64,000 nucleotides of DNA from Candidatus Omnitrophota bacterium (GCA_015233495.1 JADFXQ010000001.1:2790-66789), one strand, 5' to 3'; shown: positions 10,454 through 19,468, counted from the stretch's first letter. Notes: a model not told the origin generated them from the sequence alone. Numbers and translations: made by a program.

Positions 10454-11299
10454 TTATTTATACGTTAAGGCCGGTGTCTTGTGTCCTGTGTCCTGTGTCA
10501 TGTGTCCTTGTGACAATTCACCGGCGCGTGCAGCCGCCGCTTGTAATGCTTCCGTAAAAATCTTCTGCATACCGCGCTGGGCGAACACCTCCAGCGCCGC
10601 TTGAGTTGTTCCGCCTTTGGACGTGACCCGCTCTCTCAACACCGCCGCGTCTTCTCCCGACGATTCAAGAAGCGCCAAACTGCCTTTTAACGTCTGCGTC
10701 ACTAAAACTCGGCTCGCCGCGTCGCTCAACTTTAAATTTTTCGCGGCTGCCAAAAGACATTCGACAAATAAAAATAAATACGCTGGTCCGCTCCCAGACA
10801 CGGCGGTCACCGCGTCCATCATTTTTTCTTCCACAACCACGGTTCGGCCGATTTTGTCAAATAACTGACAGGTCGTTTTCACATCCGCGACGGTCGCATT
10901 GCGCCCCGCGCTGACCGCGGTCATGCCTTGCCCAACTTGCGCCGGCAAATTCGGCATAGTCCGGACAACCCGCTGACCTTTCCCCAACTGTTTTTCGATA
11001 AACGCGGCAGTCACGCCCGCGGCAATCGACACAAATAATTTGCGCTGATTCGCGTAAGGTTTAACCGCGGTCAAAACCTCGGCCATCATCTGCGGCTTTA
11101 CGGCAAGGATAATCCTATCCGACGCCGAAATAACATCCGCCAAATCCCCGGAAGTCACGCCGTATTTTTTCCGTAAAAACTTGATCTTCTCCTGGTCCGG
11201 ATCACATACGCTCACCTGATAAGAAGCATGAATCCCCGCAATGATTGCGGCGCCCATATTCCCGCCGCCAATGATACCGACCCGCAATTTAGTTTTCAT
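10454..11299 (-). CDS. proC: Pyrroline-5-carboxylate reductase
   Basis: GGGNMG, LAVKPQ, RTMPN, SGSGPAY and VTSKGGTT motifs. Confidence 0.95.
   Translation of the reverse strand: MKTKLRVGIIGGGNMGAAIIAGIHASYQVSVCDPDQEKIKFLRKKYGVTSGDLADVISASDRIILAVKPQMMAEVLTAVKPYANQRKLFVSIAAGVTAAFIEKQLGKGQRVVRTMPNLPAQVGQGMTAVSAGRNATVADVKTTCQLFDKIGRTVVVEEKMMDAVTAVSGSGPAYLFLFVECLLAAAKNLKLSDAASRVLVTQTLKGSLALLESSGEDAAVLRERVTSKGGTTQAALEVFAQRGMQKIFTEALQAAAARAGELSQGHMTQDTGHKTPALTYK
10475..10512. repeat. Heptamer tandem repeat (TGTGTCY) at the proC 3' end; inverted copies (GACACAA) at about 10383-10398
   Basis: gtgtcttgtgtcctgtgtcctgtgtcatgtgtccttgtg; aagacacaagacacaag. Confidence 0.6.
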
Positions 11300-11984
11300 G
11301 AAACAACGCCCTCCCGACGCGCACCATATTCGCGCCTTCTTCGATCGCGATCAAATGGTCCGCGGACATACCCATAGATAAATATTTCATAGTGACGGAC
11401 GGACGATCCCGAAACTGTGCGGAAATTCGATCCCGCAATTCCCGCAACTGCCGGAAACTCTGCCGCACCGCGTTGACGTTATCGGTCAGCGCGGCCATGG
11501 TCATCAGTCCTTGCACGCGAATATTTTTTAATCCGGATATTTGCCCGATCAAATCCGACGCCGCCGCAGGATCAACCCCCGACTTCTGCTCTTCCGCCGA
11601 CTCATTCACCTGAACCAAAATACCCATCACCTTTCCCAACCGGGCCGCGTGTTTATCGATTTCCTCGGCTAATTTCATACTGTCAACCGATTGGATCATA
11701 TCAAACAGCTCAACCGCGATCTTGGCCTTATTCGTCTGCAAATGCCCGATCATATGCTTCTTGACCCGGGCTACGTCTCCACCCAGGGCGGCGAACTTCT
11801 CTTTGGAGTCTTGAACCCGGTTCTCCCCGATATCCGTCAATCCAGCCGCGATCGCGTCCCGGATCCCAACCGCGTCCGTATATTTAGAAGCCCCGACCAC
11901 AACAATCTCACCCGGATCCCGCCCGATTTTCCGGCAAGTTTCCCCGATCGCTTGCTGAATTTTAAAAAGATTATCCTTAATCAT
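11289..11984 (-). CDS. yggS: YggS/PLPBP pyridoxal phosphate homeostasis protein
   Basis: GASKY, GENRVQ, HMIGHLQTNK, GLMTM, LSMGMS and MVRVGR motifs. Confidence 0.93.
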   Translation of the reverse strand: MIKDNLFKIQQAIGETCRKIGRDPGEIVVVGASKYTDAVGIRDAIAAGLTDIGENRVQDSKEKFAALGGDVARVKKHMIGHLQTNKAKIAVELFDMIQSVDSMKLAEEIDKHAARLGKVMGILVQVNESAEEQKSGVDPAAASDLIGQISGLKNIRVQGLMTMAALTDNVNAVRQSFRQLRELRDRISAQFRDRPSVTMKYLSMGMSADHLIAIEEGANMVRVGRALFHEN

Positions 11985-12018
11985 CAGGCGCACAAAATAC
12001 CACAAAAACCGAACGGCG

Positions 12019-12243
12019 TCAAACTTCCGTGCGTTCGTCAAAAATCAGAATGGAAATGCGTTTGCCGATCCGAAACGTCGCGTATCCGGAAGCCACAATA
12101 AAAACCCCAACCGGCAAATTGACCGCGTTGCGCGTCACGACATCCAACAGCACAACCGCCAATCCCAAAAACACGGAAGCCGCTCCCGAATAACTACAAA
12201 ACGCGCTCAACCTCTGCAAATGCTGAACATTTTCCGCTTTCAT
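12019..12243 (-). CDS. Small two-TM hypothetical membrane protein
   Basis: ATG with AGGAGAGG RBS; two hydrophobic segments. Confidence 0.6.
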   Translation of the reverse strand: MKAENVQHLQRLSAFCSYSGAASVFLGLAVVLLDVVTRNAVNLPVGVFIVASGYATFRIGKRISILIFDERTEV

Positions 12244-12274
12244 ATGCCTCTCCTCTTCTTAATATGCTCCCCTT

Positions 12275-12352
12275 GTGGGTGCCCGTTGTTCTGGCGCGAT
12301 CGCATAACGGGCGCCCACGAGCCTGCCTGCCGAAGGCAGGGGGCGCCCCTAC
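12275..12352. repeat. Composite GTAG-type REP-like palindromic element
   Basis: GTGGGTGCCCGTT...AACGGGCGCCCAC hairpin plus CCTGCCTGCCGAAGGCAGG plus GGGCGCCCCTAC; supplies the serpin stop codon. Confidence 0.7.
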
Positions 12353-13563
12353 ATTGCCGACGGGTCATTGACCCGGCCGATGAATAAGATCAACCCGGTT
12401 TTGCGGTCTTGGATGATAAACAGAAATGGATGATCCGCCTGGAATATCTTGGGCGGTACCGACATATGGGTGACAGTTCCTTTCAGCATCATCACCACCG
12501 TTGCCGCGGCCGCTTCCGTTCCTTCTTCATTCACCTCCACAAACGCCTGATGAATCACCGCGGAAATAAACAAATCTTTTTTGCCGGTCATCCCCGAAAA
12601 ATCCGCGTCAACATCGCTAAATGCCGCTTGCATTCCCAGAGAATTCAAATCCTGCCTCATAAAATATTTAGTCCCGAATTTGAACTTAGGCAAATAAATA
12701 ATGACTTTTTCCTGCTGCAATAATTTTTGCCATTCCGCCACCTTGGCCGCGTTCAAAGACGCTTCCACGGATTCCAGAGTTTTTTTCCCCGGCAAAAGAA
12801 TCAGCATGGACAGATCTTCTCCCTGATAAGGCAACTCAAGAATCTGCAGTCCGTCTGCCTCCGCGTAGGATTTGTTCTCGGACAAATACATGGTCGGGAC
12901 TTTAACTGTTTTTTGATCGCCGGTCCTAAAATTCGCTTTCCGAGTATGCTGGGCGTCAAACGGCGTCCGCCAAGACCCTTTAAAATATACGACATTAGTA
13001 AGAATCAATTTTGTATCCGCGCCGATCATTCCCGACGGGATCAATTCCTCGATTTTATGATTCGTCCGCTCCTCTACCCACAGATTAATCGTCTGCCGCG
13101 ATTCCTCCGACCGAATCCGGAAATCCAAATTCGTCGCCTTCCCGCCGTAATATTTCTCGATCAGACTAAAATATTCTTCCAAAAACGGATAACCCTCCTG
13201 CGCCCACAAGGCATTCGCGGTATTCAGCGTGTATTTTTTGTCTGCCTTATTGATCTCCTGATAAATCGCCAAATACGCCTCCCGCCGGGCCGCCGCGTCC
13301 GAAGGAAAATGAAACACCTTTTCCATCTCCGCCGCCGTCTGCCCCCGGCCGCCTTCATACGTCATGGCCAAAGCCGAAGAAATGCTGTAAGGCGAATAAA
13401 AAATATTCCCCGGTAGGGACTTATACCGCGCATAAAGCTCAAACGCGAACTGATTGTTCGCCGCGACCACAGCGCTGACATCCGCCGCGCCGGCCGGGAT
13501 AGGCGCCAAGAATACTGCAATGAGTAATAAAACAACCAACGGCAAAAAAATCCTTTTTATCAT
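12349..13563 (-). CDS. Secreted serpin (serine protease inhibitor)
   Basis: Signal peptide; NNQFAFELY, SPYSISSAL, NVVYFKGSW and LPKFK motifs; hinge EEGTEAAAAT; FQADHPFLF. Confidence 0.95.
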   Translation of the reverse strand: MIKRIFLPLVVLLLIAVFLAPIPAGAADVSAVVAANNQFAFELYARYKSLPGNIFYSPYSISSALAMTYEGGRGQTAAEMEKVFHFPSDAAARREAYLAIYQEINKADKKYTLNTANALWAQEGYPFLEEYFSLIEKYYGGKATNLDFRIRSEESRQTINLWVEERTNHKIEELIPSGMIGADTKLILTNVVYFKGSWRTPFDAQHTRKANFRTGDQKTVKVPTMYLSENKSYAEADGLQILELPYQGEDLSMLILLPGKKTLESVEASLNAAKVAEWQKLLQQEKVIIYLPKFKFGTKYFMRQDLNSLGMQAAFSDVDADFSGMTGKKDLFISAVIHQAFVEVNEEGTEAAAATVVMMLKGTVTHMSVPPKIFQADHPFLFIIQDRKTGLILFIGRVNDPSAM

Positions 13564-13810
13564 GATTTGCCCTTTCGTTGAGTTTCTTTCTTTAAATACG
13601 CCGCGCCCTTTTTCGTAAGACGGTATTTCTGCATACGGCTATTTGCTTTTGCCGGGATGGTATATTCAATCCATCCGGCTTTTAAAGCCGGATGCAAATA
13701 ATTATCACGAAACGTCGGCCGATGCCTCAATTCCAGCGCTGTCCGGATCTCTCCGGAAGATAATTCCCTGTTTCTCAATAAGTCGAGCATCCGACGGACT
13801 GGGTCGGTGG
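13560..13810 (-). pseudogene. Fragment: C-terminal wHTH of a Fic-like/ATP-binding protein
   Basis: LELRHRPTFRDNYLHPALKAGWIEYTIP...SRMQKYRLT; in-frame stop just upstream (A*ATDPVRRML). Confidence 0.6.
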
Positions 13811-13867
13811 CTCAGGCTGTCGCGCCGGTTTTTTCCGCCAGATTGTTAAAATAAAAACCTTTCAATT

Positions 13868-13910
13868 AACCTATGAACAGTTGCCATATTGACAGGTTAG
13901 TTCATAGGTT
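13868..13910. promoter_or_regulatory. Inverted repeat, putative operator
   Basis: AACCTATGAAC-N21-GTTCATAGGTT enclosing a TTGACA. Confidence 0.45.
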
Positions 13911-13960
13911 GCAAGCTCGAAGCCGTCAAAAGATTTTCCGCGCTCCTCAAGTTTCGGCAA

Positions 13961-14025
13961 CTACGCCGACGGATCACTGACCCGGCCGATGAATAAAATC
14001 AACCCGGTTTTTCATCTTGAATGAT
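13961..14025 (-). pseudogene. Degenerate duplicate of the serpin 3' end
   Basis: Encodes IIQDEK/(frameshift)/TGLILFIGRVSDPSA* versus serpin IIQDRKTGLILFIGRVNDPSAM*. Confidence 0.75.
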
Positions 14026-14300
14026 CCTCCGTAATTTGGTCGCTGAATGGGTCGTTTACTGCCTTTCATCTCTGACGGCGCATTCTATGCTCGATTTTAT
14101 ACAACACGTCCAATTTTTCCACAACCGATTTTCTTTGCATGACAATGGTCTTGATGAATCAGACTCCCCTCGTAAAGATACAATTTTTTTATTCATAAGT
14201 CCCCTTTAATTGTATAGGAAAATCTCTTCGATAAAAATCTATTTCCCAACCCAGGCTTGTGTTATACTTCTAATAGAGAATGCTTATTGGAGATCTTATT

Positions 14301-14519
14301 ATGAAACCCATGGAAATCATATTTCTTGTTGAGCAAGACCCGGAAGGCGGCTTCACAGCCAAGGCCCTTGAATATTCCATTTTTACCCAAGGCGAAACGC
14401 TTGAGGAATTAAAAACAAACATCAAAGATGCCCTTCTTTGTCATTTTGATTCTAAAGACGGCATTCCGGCATTGATTCGTTTACATATTGTCCGCGAAGA
14501 AACCCTGATTTATGCCTAA
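14301..14519 (+). CDS. HicB-like antitoxin (short form)
   Basis: EIIFLVEQDPEGGFTAKALEYSIFTQGETLEELKTNIKDA partial RNase H fold; overlaps hicA. Confidence 0.8.
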   Translation: MKPMEIIFLVEQDPEGGFTAKALEYSIFTQGETLEELKTNIKDALLCHFDSKDGIPALIRLHIVREETLIYA

Positions 14520-14757
14520 AATCCCTCGCGATCTATCCGGTCAAGATCTCGTTAAAGCCTTGCGATCATTCGATTACAAAATTGCTCGACAATCGGGGAG
14601 CCACATTCGCTTGGTTTCTCAATATAAAGGCAACGAACACGCCATCACGATCCCGGATCATTCCTCCATCAAAATCGGAACACTCAACAATATTCTCAAT
14701 GACATCGCTGTATATTTATGCATAAGCAAAGACTCTCTCATCGAAAAATTATTTTAA
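14512..14757 (+). CDS. hicA: HicA-family mRNA interferase toxin
   Basis: RQSGSHIRL...ITIPDH..IKIGTLNNIL dsRBD-like HicA motif. Confidence 0.88.
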   Translation: MPKIPRDLSGQDLVKALRSFDYKIARQSGSHIRLVSQYKGNEHAITIPDHSSIKIGTLNNILNDIAVYLCISKDSLIEKLF

Positions 14758-14758
14758 C

Positions 14759-15415
14759 TCATTCACCGACCTTCCCTGCATAAGTCTTTTCAAACTCCCG
14801 AACAACTCCCTCTCGGGACAGGACAATCTCACGAATTATTTTTTCCTGTTGTTCCGATAAATCCCGTTTGCCGTCCTTGATAAACCCTTCGGCAATGATC
14901 TCTAGGTCAATTTCTATGTAATTTTTGTGATTGCGTAACAATTCGAACGCCTCTTCGTATTCTTTCTTTTTAACCAAATCCCGCATCTTGGCCCAATGAT
15001 CTTGAATCTCCTGCGGAGGATAATAGGAATTCCCGTCGAAATAACCACGAAGTACATCAGTATAGGCGTTTACCCATCGCTGTCTCTGAAAATTTGAAAC
15101 CTCTTTATACAATTTGGCGCTATCTTCCAAGGCATATACACTCCACGCAGGCACAATATGATTATCCTTATATCCCCTATACGCCATAGTAACAGCGATC
15201 CATACGATACAATCACTAAGTCTTGTCACTGCGTCTCTATTCTCTTCTTGATTAAACGCCAGAATCTCTTTCATCGGCCAATACAAATTCTGAGGAGGAT
15301 TTCGAAGGGGCAATCTGCCGGCTCGTGCAATTTGCATATTATACTTAATCATGTGAAACCCCAAACCGATAAGCACAATCAAAAACAACCAGTGTAATAA
15401 TTGCTTATTTTTCAT
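14759..15415 (-). CDS. Hypothetical membrane-anchored protein, paralog of 15412..16341
   Basis: N-terminal TM; shared blocks FNQEENRD, RWVNAY and LEIIAEGFI. Confidence 0.7.
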   Translation of the reverse strand: MKNKQLLHWLFLIVLIGLGFHMIKYNMQIARAGRLPLRNPPQNLYWPMKEILAFNQEENRDAVTRLSDCIVWIAVTMAYRGYKDNHIVPAWSVYALEDSAKLYKEVSNFQRQRWVNAYTDVLRGYFDGNSYYPPQEIQDHWAKMRDLVKKKEYEEAFELLRNHKNYIEIDLEIIAEGFIKDGKRDLSEQQEKIIREIVLSREGVVREFEKTYAGKVGE

Positions 15416-16341
15416 CGATTGATAACTCCTTCCTTACGCGCTACAAAGCGTTCAATCTGCGATTCCTGTTGTTTCGTTAAAGCCGCGACTTTCTGTTGAA
15501 TGAGCCCTTCCGCAATGATTTTCAAACCGTCGCGTATAGAATAATAATCTTCCATATCCAATACGGCAAATGCCGACTGATAATCTTTGTGAGCAACAAA
15601 TGCCCTGATCATATCCTCCAAAGCGCGCCACAAATCACTTTTATTGTTGTCCTGATACAACTTGATCGCCTCCGAGGCTTTTCCGGATTCAGAATACGTT
15701 TTTATAATGACCGTTAATGTGTCTCGGCGTTCATCGGAATAAATCTGCGGCGTCAGACTGCTCAATGACATTTGAATAAATCGTTCCCCCTCGAGAACAT
15801 TGCCCGATTTAAAAAAATATTCTCCCATTTTTGCCAACGCATAGGGTTGATTTTGGCATTTGGCAATCGCCATAGTTAAATCTTTTTTTAAAATCCAATT
15901 TTCAATCACCTGCCAATTTCTCACATATTCACTCGGGAAACCTTCTGGGCCCCCCGGCAAACGCCCGCACGCACGGGCGCGAAATATATTCAATTCATTT
16001 AAAAATTTATTAAGGGAGGATTTTTTCTGAAGCTGCGCTTTAAAAGCATTGACCCAGCGCATCCTTTTCTCATAACCGCCTTTCGCATATAATCCTGAAA
16101 CTTCATTGAGCTGATAAATATCACCGTCTAAATCAACGCCCCTCAAACATAAAGAATGCCCTGTGACTGCATATAACAAAACGCAATCCAAAACTTTTGT
16201 GGCTTGGTCACGGTTTACTTCGAAATTAAAATCCCATATTGTGTTAATGCGTTCCTTTAACAGCCTGCCATAAAGGCCATTGCCCGCAACAACAACGCTA
16301 ATGGCAACCAAACAAAAAATAAAAAAATAAATTTTTTTCAT
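15412..16341 (-). CDS. Hypothetical secreted or membrane-anchored helical (TPR-like) protein
   Basis: Start MKKIYFF after GGAGG; shared blocks FNFEVNRD, RWVNAF and LKIIAEGLI. Confidence 0.7.
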   Translation of the reverse strand: MKKIYFFIFCLVAISVVVAGNGLYGRLLKERINTIWDFNFEVNRDQATKVLDCVLLYAVTGHSLCLRGVDLDGDIYQLNEVSGLYAKGGYEKRMRWVNAFKAQLQKKSSLNKFLNELNIFRARACGRLPGGPEGFPSEYVRNWQVIENWILKKDLTMAIAKCQNQPYALAKMGEYFFKSGNVLEGERFIQMSLSSLTPQIYSDERRDTLTVIIKTYSESGKASEAIKLYQDNNKSDLWRALEDMIRAFVAHKDYQSAFAVLDMEDYYSIRDGLKIIAEGLIQQKVAALTKQQESQIERFVARKEGVINR

Positions 16342-16357
16342 AACTCCTCCGATCGCA

Positions 16358-19249
16358 TTATCGTTGATCTTCCACAAACGGCACATCGGGGTTACAGATT
16401 TCCTGCCAGACACTGTCTAATCCAGCCAAGCAGGCCGCTTGCATGGCTTGCTGTTCTTCCGGAGTGCTGCCATTTTTGAATCTTTCCAACTTCATGGTCT
16501 TGAGGCTATAGAGCCCGCCCTGGACTCGAGCTTCCGGATAAATTTTTTTCATGCAGTATGTATATAAAGGAAGCTGGAAGGATTTGACGCGGTCGCGGAT
16601 ATTTTCGCGGGTCATTTCCATGCCGGCAATGCGCTGTACTCCTTGCGGGACTTTGTCCGTGCTCCCGGTTTTGTAATCAATGACTAAAATACTGCCGTCA
16701 TTGAGCCGGTCAACCCGGTCAACCACATAACGGAATTTCATCTCGCCGGACGGCAACACAATGCGGTCTTCAAAATGCTTTTCCAAACCGAGGATTTCCT
16801 TCACCTCGCCGTTAACGCGGCCGGCTTCGGATTCATAAAATTGTTCCAGCCGGTGTTCCAGAACCGGACGCATGAGAAACCCGTCAGACAAATTGTTTTT
16901 TCCGAACCGCGCCGTGAATTTCTGCTCAAAGATCGAAAACAACCGCTTATGAAACCCGGCATTGATTTCCGGCTGGCGTCCGATCAACGGCCCAAACGTC
17001 TCCTCCAACACCGCGTGCAATAAAATCCCGATGTCGCGGCCCTCCGGCTCGTCCAACAAATCGTCCCGTTCCCGCAAACCCAAAACATAATTGAGATAAA
17101 AATCCATCGGGTTATCCAAATACATATTCAAAGCGGACACGGAATACGGCATATCCCGCAAAAAATCAACCATGGCCGGAGTCTTGGCGATTTGCCGCGT
17201 CCCTGCCGTGACCTTGACGGCAAAAGACGCGTGCCGCGCTTTTACGCATTCAATCTCCCCGGCCTTGCGCTCCTGTTCCCAGATCAGCTCCTCGACAAAC
17301 CGGCTGCGCTCTTTCTCTTTATTTTCCTCATAAATAAGATGCACCGCCCGCGCCGGCCCGATCAGCCGCATGAATTGATACCGCTGGATTTCTTCGTCGA
17401 GCTCAAGCCGGTCGAGCCCCAAGCTGATCATCACTTCGCGCGGAATCAGCGGCTGATGCACTTGCAAACGCGGCAGTTTGCCTTCATTCACATCCAAAAT
17501 GATAACCTGATCAAAATTCAACGAGCGGGTCTCCAGCAAACCCAAAATCTGCAAGCCCTTAAGCGGCGACCCGGAAAACGAGACCATTTCCCGGCTGATG
17601 TTCTCAGTAAAAATTCGGAAAATATCTTCCGGCAAAAAACGCTCCTTGCCGAATCCGGACTCCCGCATATCCTGCGCCATGTCCAACAACCGCGAAGCAA
17701 TATTCACATTAAAAGGAAACGAGACCAAAGCGCTTTTCTCCGCCACCAGACGGGACAAATTCTCCAAAGCGTCCGCGAAAGAACAAAAATCCCCGATCTG
17801 CTCCCACGCCCGGAAAAATATCTGATGCATCCGCTTGAGCGCCTGACCCAAAGCTTCCCGCGACACTGTCGGGTCCACGGCCCCGGCCGCCTCCCGGCTG
17901 ATCGACAAGACATCCTCGTCCTGCTCAATCTCGTCGAGATTCAAAAACAATTTGCCGGACAGACCCGTGACCGTATCGCCCGACAAAATTTCCTCGATCT
18001 TATGGACTAAAATCCGGGTCACCGCCGGATCTTTAAACCAGCAAATATTTTTCACCAAAGGATGGCGCAAGACCCGCAAATAATCCCGGGCATAATACCC
18101 CTCCGACCAAATTGCATCAGCGGTGTTACTAAATGATTGTTTGTCGTAGGGGCGCCCAAGCTGCCGGCAGGCAGGCGAGAGGGCGCCCATACGTTCGCCC
18201 GTTATCCTATCTGACCGAGACAATTGGCACCGAAAAATATCATCCAGCAGAACACACAAACTGCTGCGGTTTAACGGATATCCCAATGATACATTGCAAT
18301 CCTCTACCCAGGGCCGCAGGTCCGCCAGCAAAGGCACAACCGCGTCGGAATCCGGCAAGACAATCACGGTTTGATCGCGCCGGTCAATGGTCTTGAGAAT
18401 TTCTCCGGCCTGCGCCGCTTGGCTGTGGCGGCTCGTGACAGAATACAATTGAAGTTGAAAATGCAGAGGAACCGGCTGATCGCCTTCGCGCAAAGCGCAT
18501 CCCAACCGCCGGCTGATCCGCTCCAAAACCGGCCATTTGCGCTCATCGCCTTGAAAGATCAAAACCGCCTTGCCCCGGTCGAGGAGATTTTTGACAATCG
18601 CTTCTTCCGTGCGGTGAAAATAAAAAAAGTTGCAAAACAAAATGGCGTCAAATTCCTCCAAAGCCGCGGAGCCGACTTTTTGGGCTGCTTCGCGATAACG
18701 GAATCCCCGGGCCGTCATACCCGACGATCGCAATGCCTCATGATAGGCCAGCCGCAATTTAGACAAATACGTTAACAGCTGATTGATGCCCTGCGGCACG
18801 TCATAACCGATGCGCGCGTTCGCCTCGACTGCCGAAAGACGGCGGTTGTCAATATCCTCCAAATCCAATTGCTCAATAAACGCCAAAATCTCCCGCGCCC
18901 ACGGCAAAAAATCCGCAAAGGTTTTTCGTTTCTCCAAAATCTCCGGCGCGACAGTCAGGGCCAACTGATAAATCAAATAACACTGATCCAAATCGCCCGC
19001 GCCCGGCCGGGCGGCGTCTTGGGCAAGCCGGTCAACCAACTCATCAATCGTGAACATGACCGGCGGGAAAAACCCCTGCCCGATCCGCTTAGCCAAAGCC
19101 CGGCTCAAAAACAAACGCGGCCGCTTCCCGCCAAACACCACAGCCACCCGCCGCAAATCCTTGCCCGGCTGAATAAAATTAACATCCAAATATTCAGCCA
19201 GCCGGTCGATAAACGGCTCTGCGAAATTAAAAGTGATTATTTTTTGCAT
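16358..19249 (-). CDS. addB: AddB/RexB-like inactive helicase with PD-(D/E)XK nuclease
   Basis: GLQILGLLETRSLNFD, YSVSALNMYLDNPMDFY and VDRVDRLNDGSILVIDYKTG motifs. Confidence 0.85.
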   Translation of the reverse strand: MQKIITFNFAEPFIDRLAEYLDVNFIQPGKDLRRVAVVFGGKRPRLFLSRALAKRIGQGFFPPVMFTIDELVDRLAQDAARPGAGDLDQCYLIYQLALTVAPEILEKRKTFADFLPWAREILAFIEQLDLEDIDNRRLSAVEANARIGYDVPQGINQLLTYLSKLRLAYHEALRSSGMTARGFRYREAAQKVGSAALEEFDAILFCNFFYFHRTEEAIVKNLLDRGKAVLIFQGDERKWPVLERISRRLGCALREGDQPVPLHFQLQLYSVTSRHSQAAQAGEILKTIDRRDQTVIVLPDSDAVVPLLADLRPWVEDCNVSLGYPLNRSSLCVLLDDIFRCQLSRSDRITGERMGALSPACRQLGRPYDKQSFSNTADAIWSEGYYARDYLRVLRHPLVKNICWFKDPAVTRILVHKIEEILSGDTVTGLSGKLFLNLDEIEQDEDVLSISREAAGAVDPTVSREALGQALKRMHQIFFRAWEQIGDFCSFADALENLSRLVAEKSALVSFPFNVNIASRLLDMAQDMRESGFGKERFLPEDIFRIFTENISREMVSFSGSPLKGLQILGLLETRSLNFDQVIILDVNEGKLPRLQVHQPLIPREVMISLGLDRLELDEEIQRYQFMRLIGPARAVHLIYEENKEKERSRFVEELIWEQERKAGEIECVKARHASFAVKVTAGTRQIAKTPAMVDFLRDMPYSVSALNMYLDNPMDFYLNYVLGLRERDDLLDEPEGRDIGILLHAVLEETFGPLIGRQPEINAGFHKRLFSIFEQKFTARFGKNNLSDGFLMRPVLEHRLEQFYESEAGRVNGEVKEILGLEKHFEDRIVLPSGEMKFRYVVDRVDRLNDGSILVIDYKTGSTDKVPQGVQRIAGMEMTRENIRDRVKSFQLPLYTYCMKKIYPEARVQGGLYSLKTMKLERFKNGSTPEEQQAMQAACLAGLDSVWQEICNPDVPFVEDQR
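18146..18192. repeat. REP-like palindrome inserted in frame in addB
   Basis: GTAGGGGCGCCCAAGCTGCCGGCAGGCAGGCGAGAGGGCGCCCATAC; translated as RMGALSPACRQLGRPY. Confidence 0.7.
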
Positions 19250-19277
19250 TTAAAATCCGCCGGAAATTATTTGTTTT

Positions 19278-19319
19278 ATTATATAATTTAATTGACAAAT
19301 TATATAATCATGATATGAT
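19278..19319 (+). promoter_or_regulatory. Sigma70-like promoter of the tRNA-like gene with a palindromic operator
   Basis: TTGACA (19292-19297), 16 nt, TG-extended TATGAT (19314-19319); perfect inverted repeat ATTATATAATTT-N7-AAATTATATAAT around the -35. Confidence 0.65.
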
Positions 19320-19335
19320 CATTTGTAAATTTAAC

Positions 19336-19408
19336 GCCCCTGTAGCTTAATGGATAAAGCACTTTCCTAACGAAAAAGGCGATACCAGTTCAAATCTGGT
19401 CAGGGGCG
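19336..19408 (+). tRNA. Atypical tRNA: Arg-like body, anticodon loop CTAACGA (AAC) or 8-nt CTAACGAA
   Basis: GCCCCTG TA GCTT AATGGATA AAGC A CTTTC CTAACGA AAAAG GCGAT ACCAG TTCAAAT CTGGT CAGGGGC G; perfect acceptor, D and T stems; A20; A15-U48; C31.A39 mismatch; no CCA. Confidence 0.85.
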
Positions 19409-19414
19409 TTACTT

Positions 19415-19449
19415 GTCTTGAAAATGAGCCCGGAAAGCATTTTCAAGAC
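19415..19449. other. 12-bp perfect hairpin in the tRNA trailer (no U-tract)
   Basis: GTCTTGAAAATG-N11-CATTTTCAAGAC. Confidence 0.6.
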
Positions 19450-19468
19450 CATCTAAATAACAAATTTA

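Noticed and set aside
10381-10512. Possible CRISPR array
   Set aside because: Repeats are 7-mers without spacers, and no cas genes were recognised in the window.
14021-14209. 62-aa ORF upstream of hicB
   Set aside because: No RBS or motif; overlaps the serpin scar and an AT-rich intergenic region.
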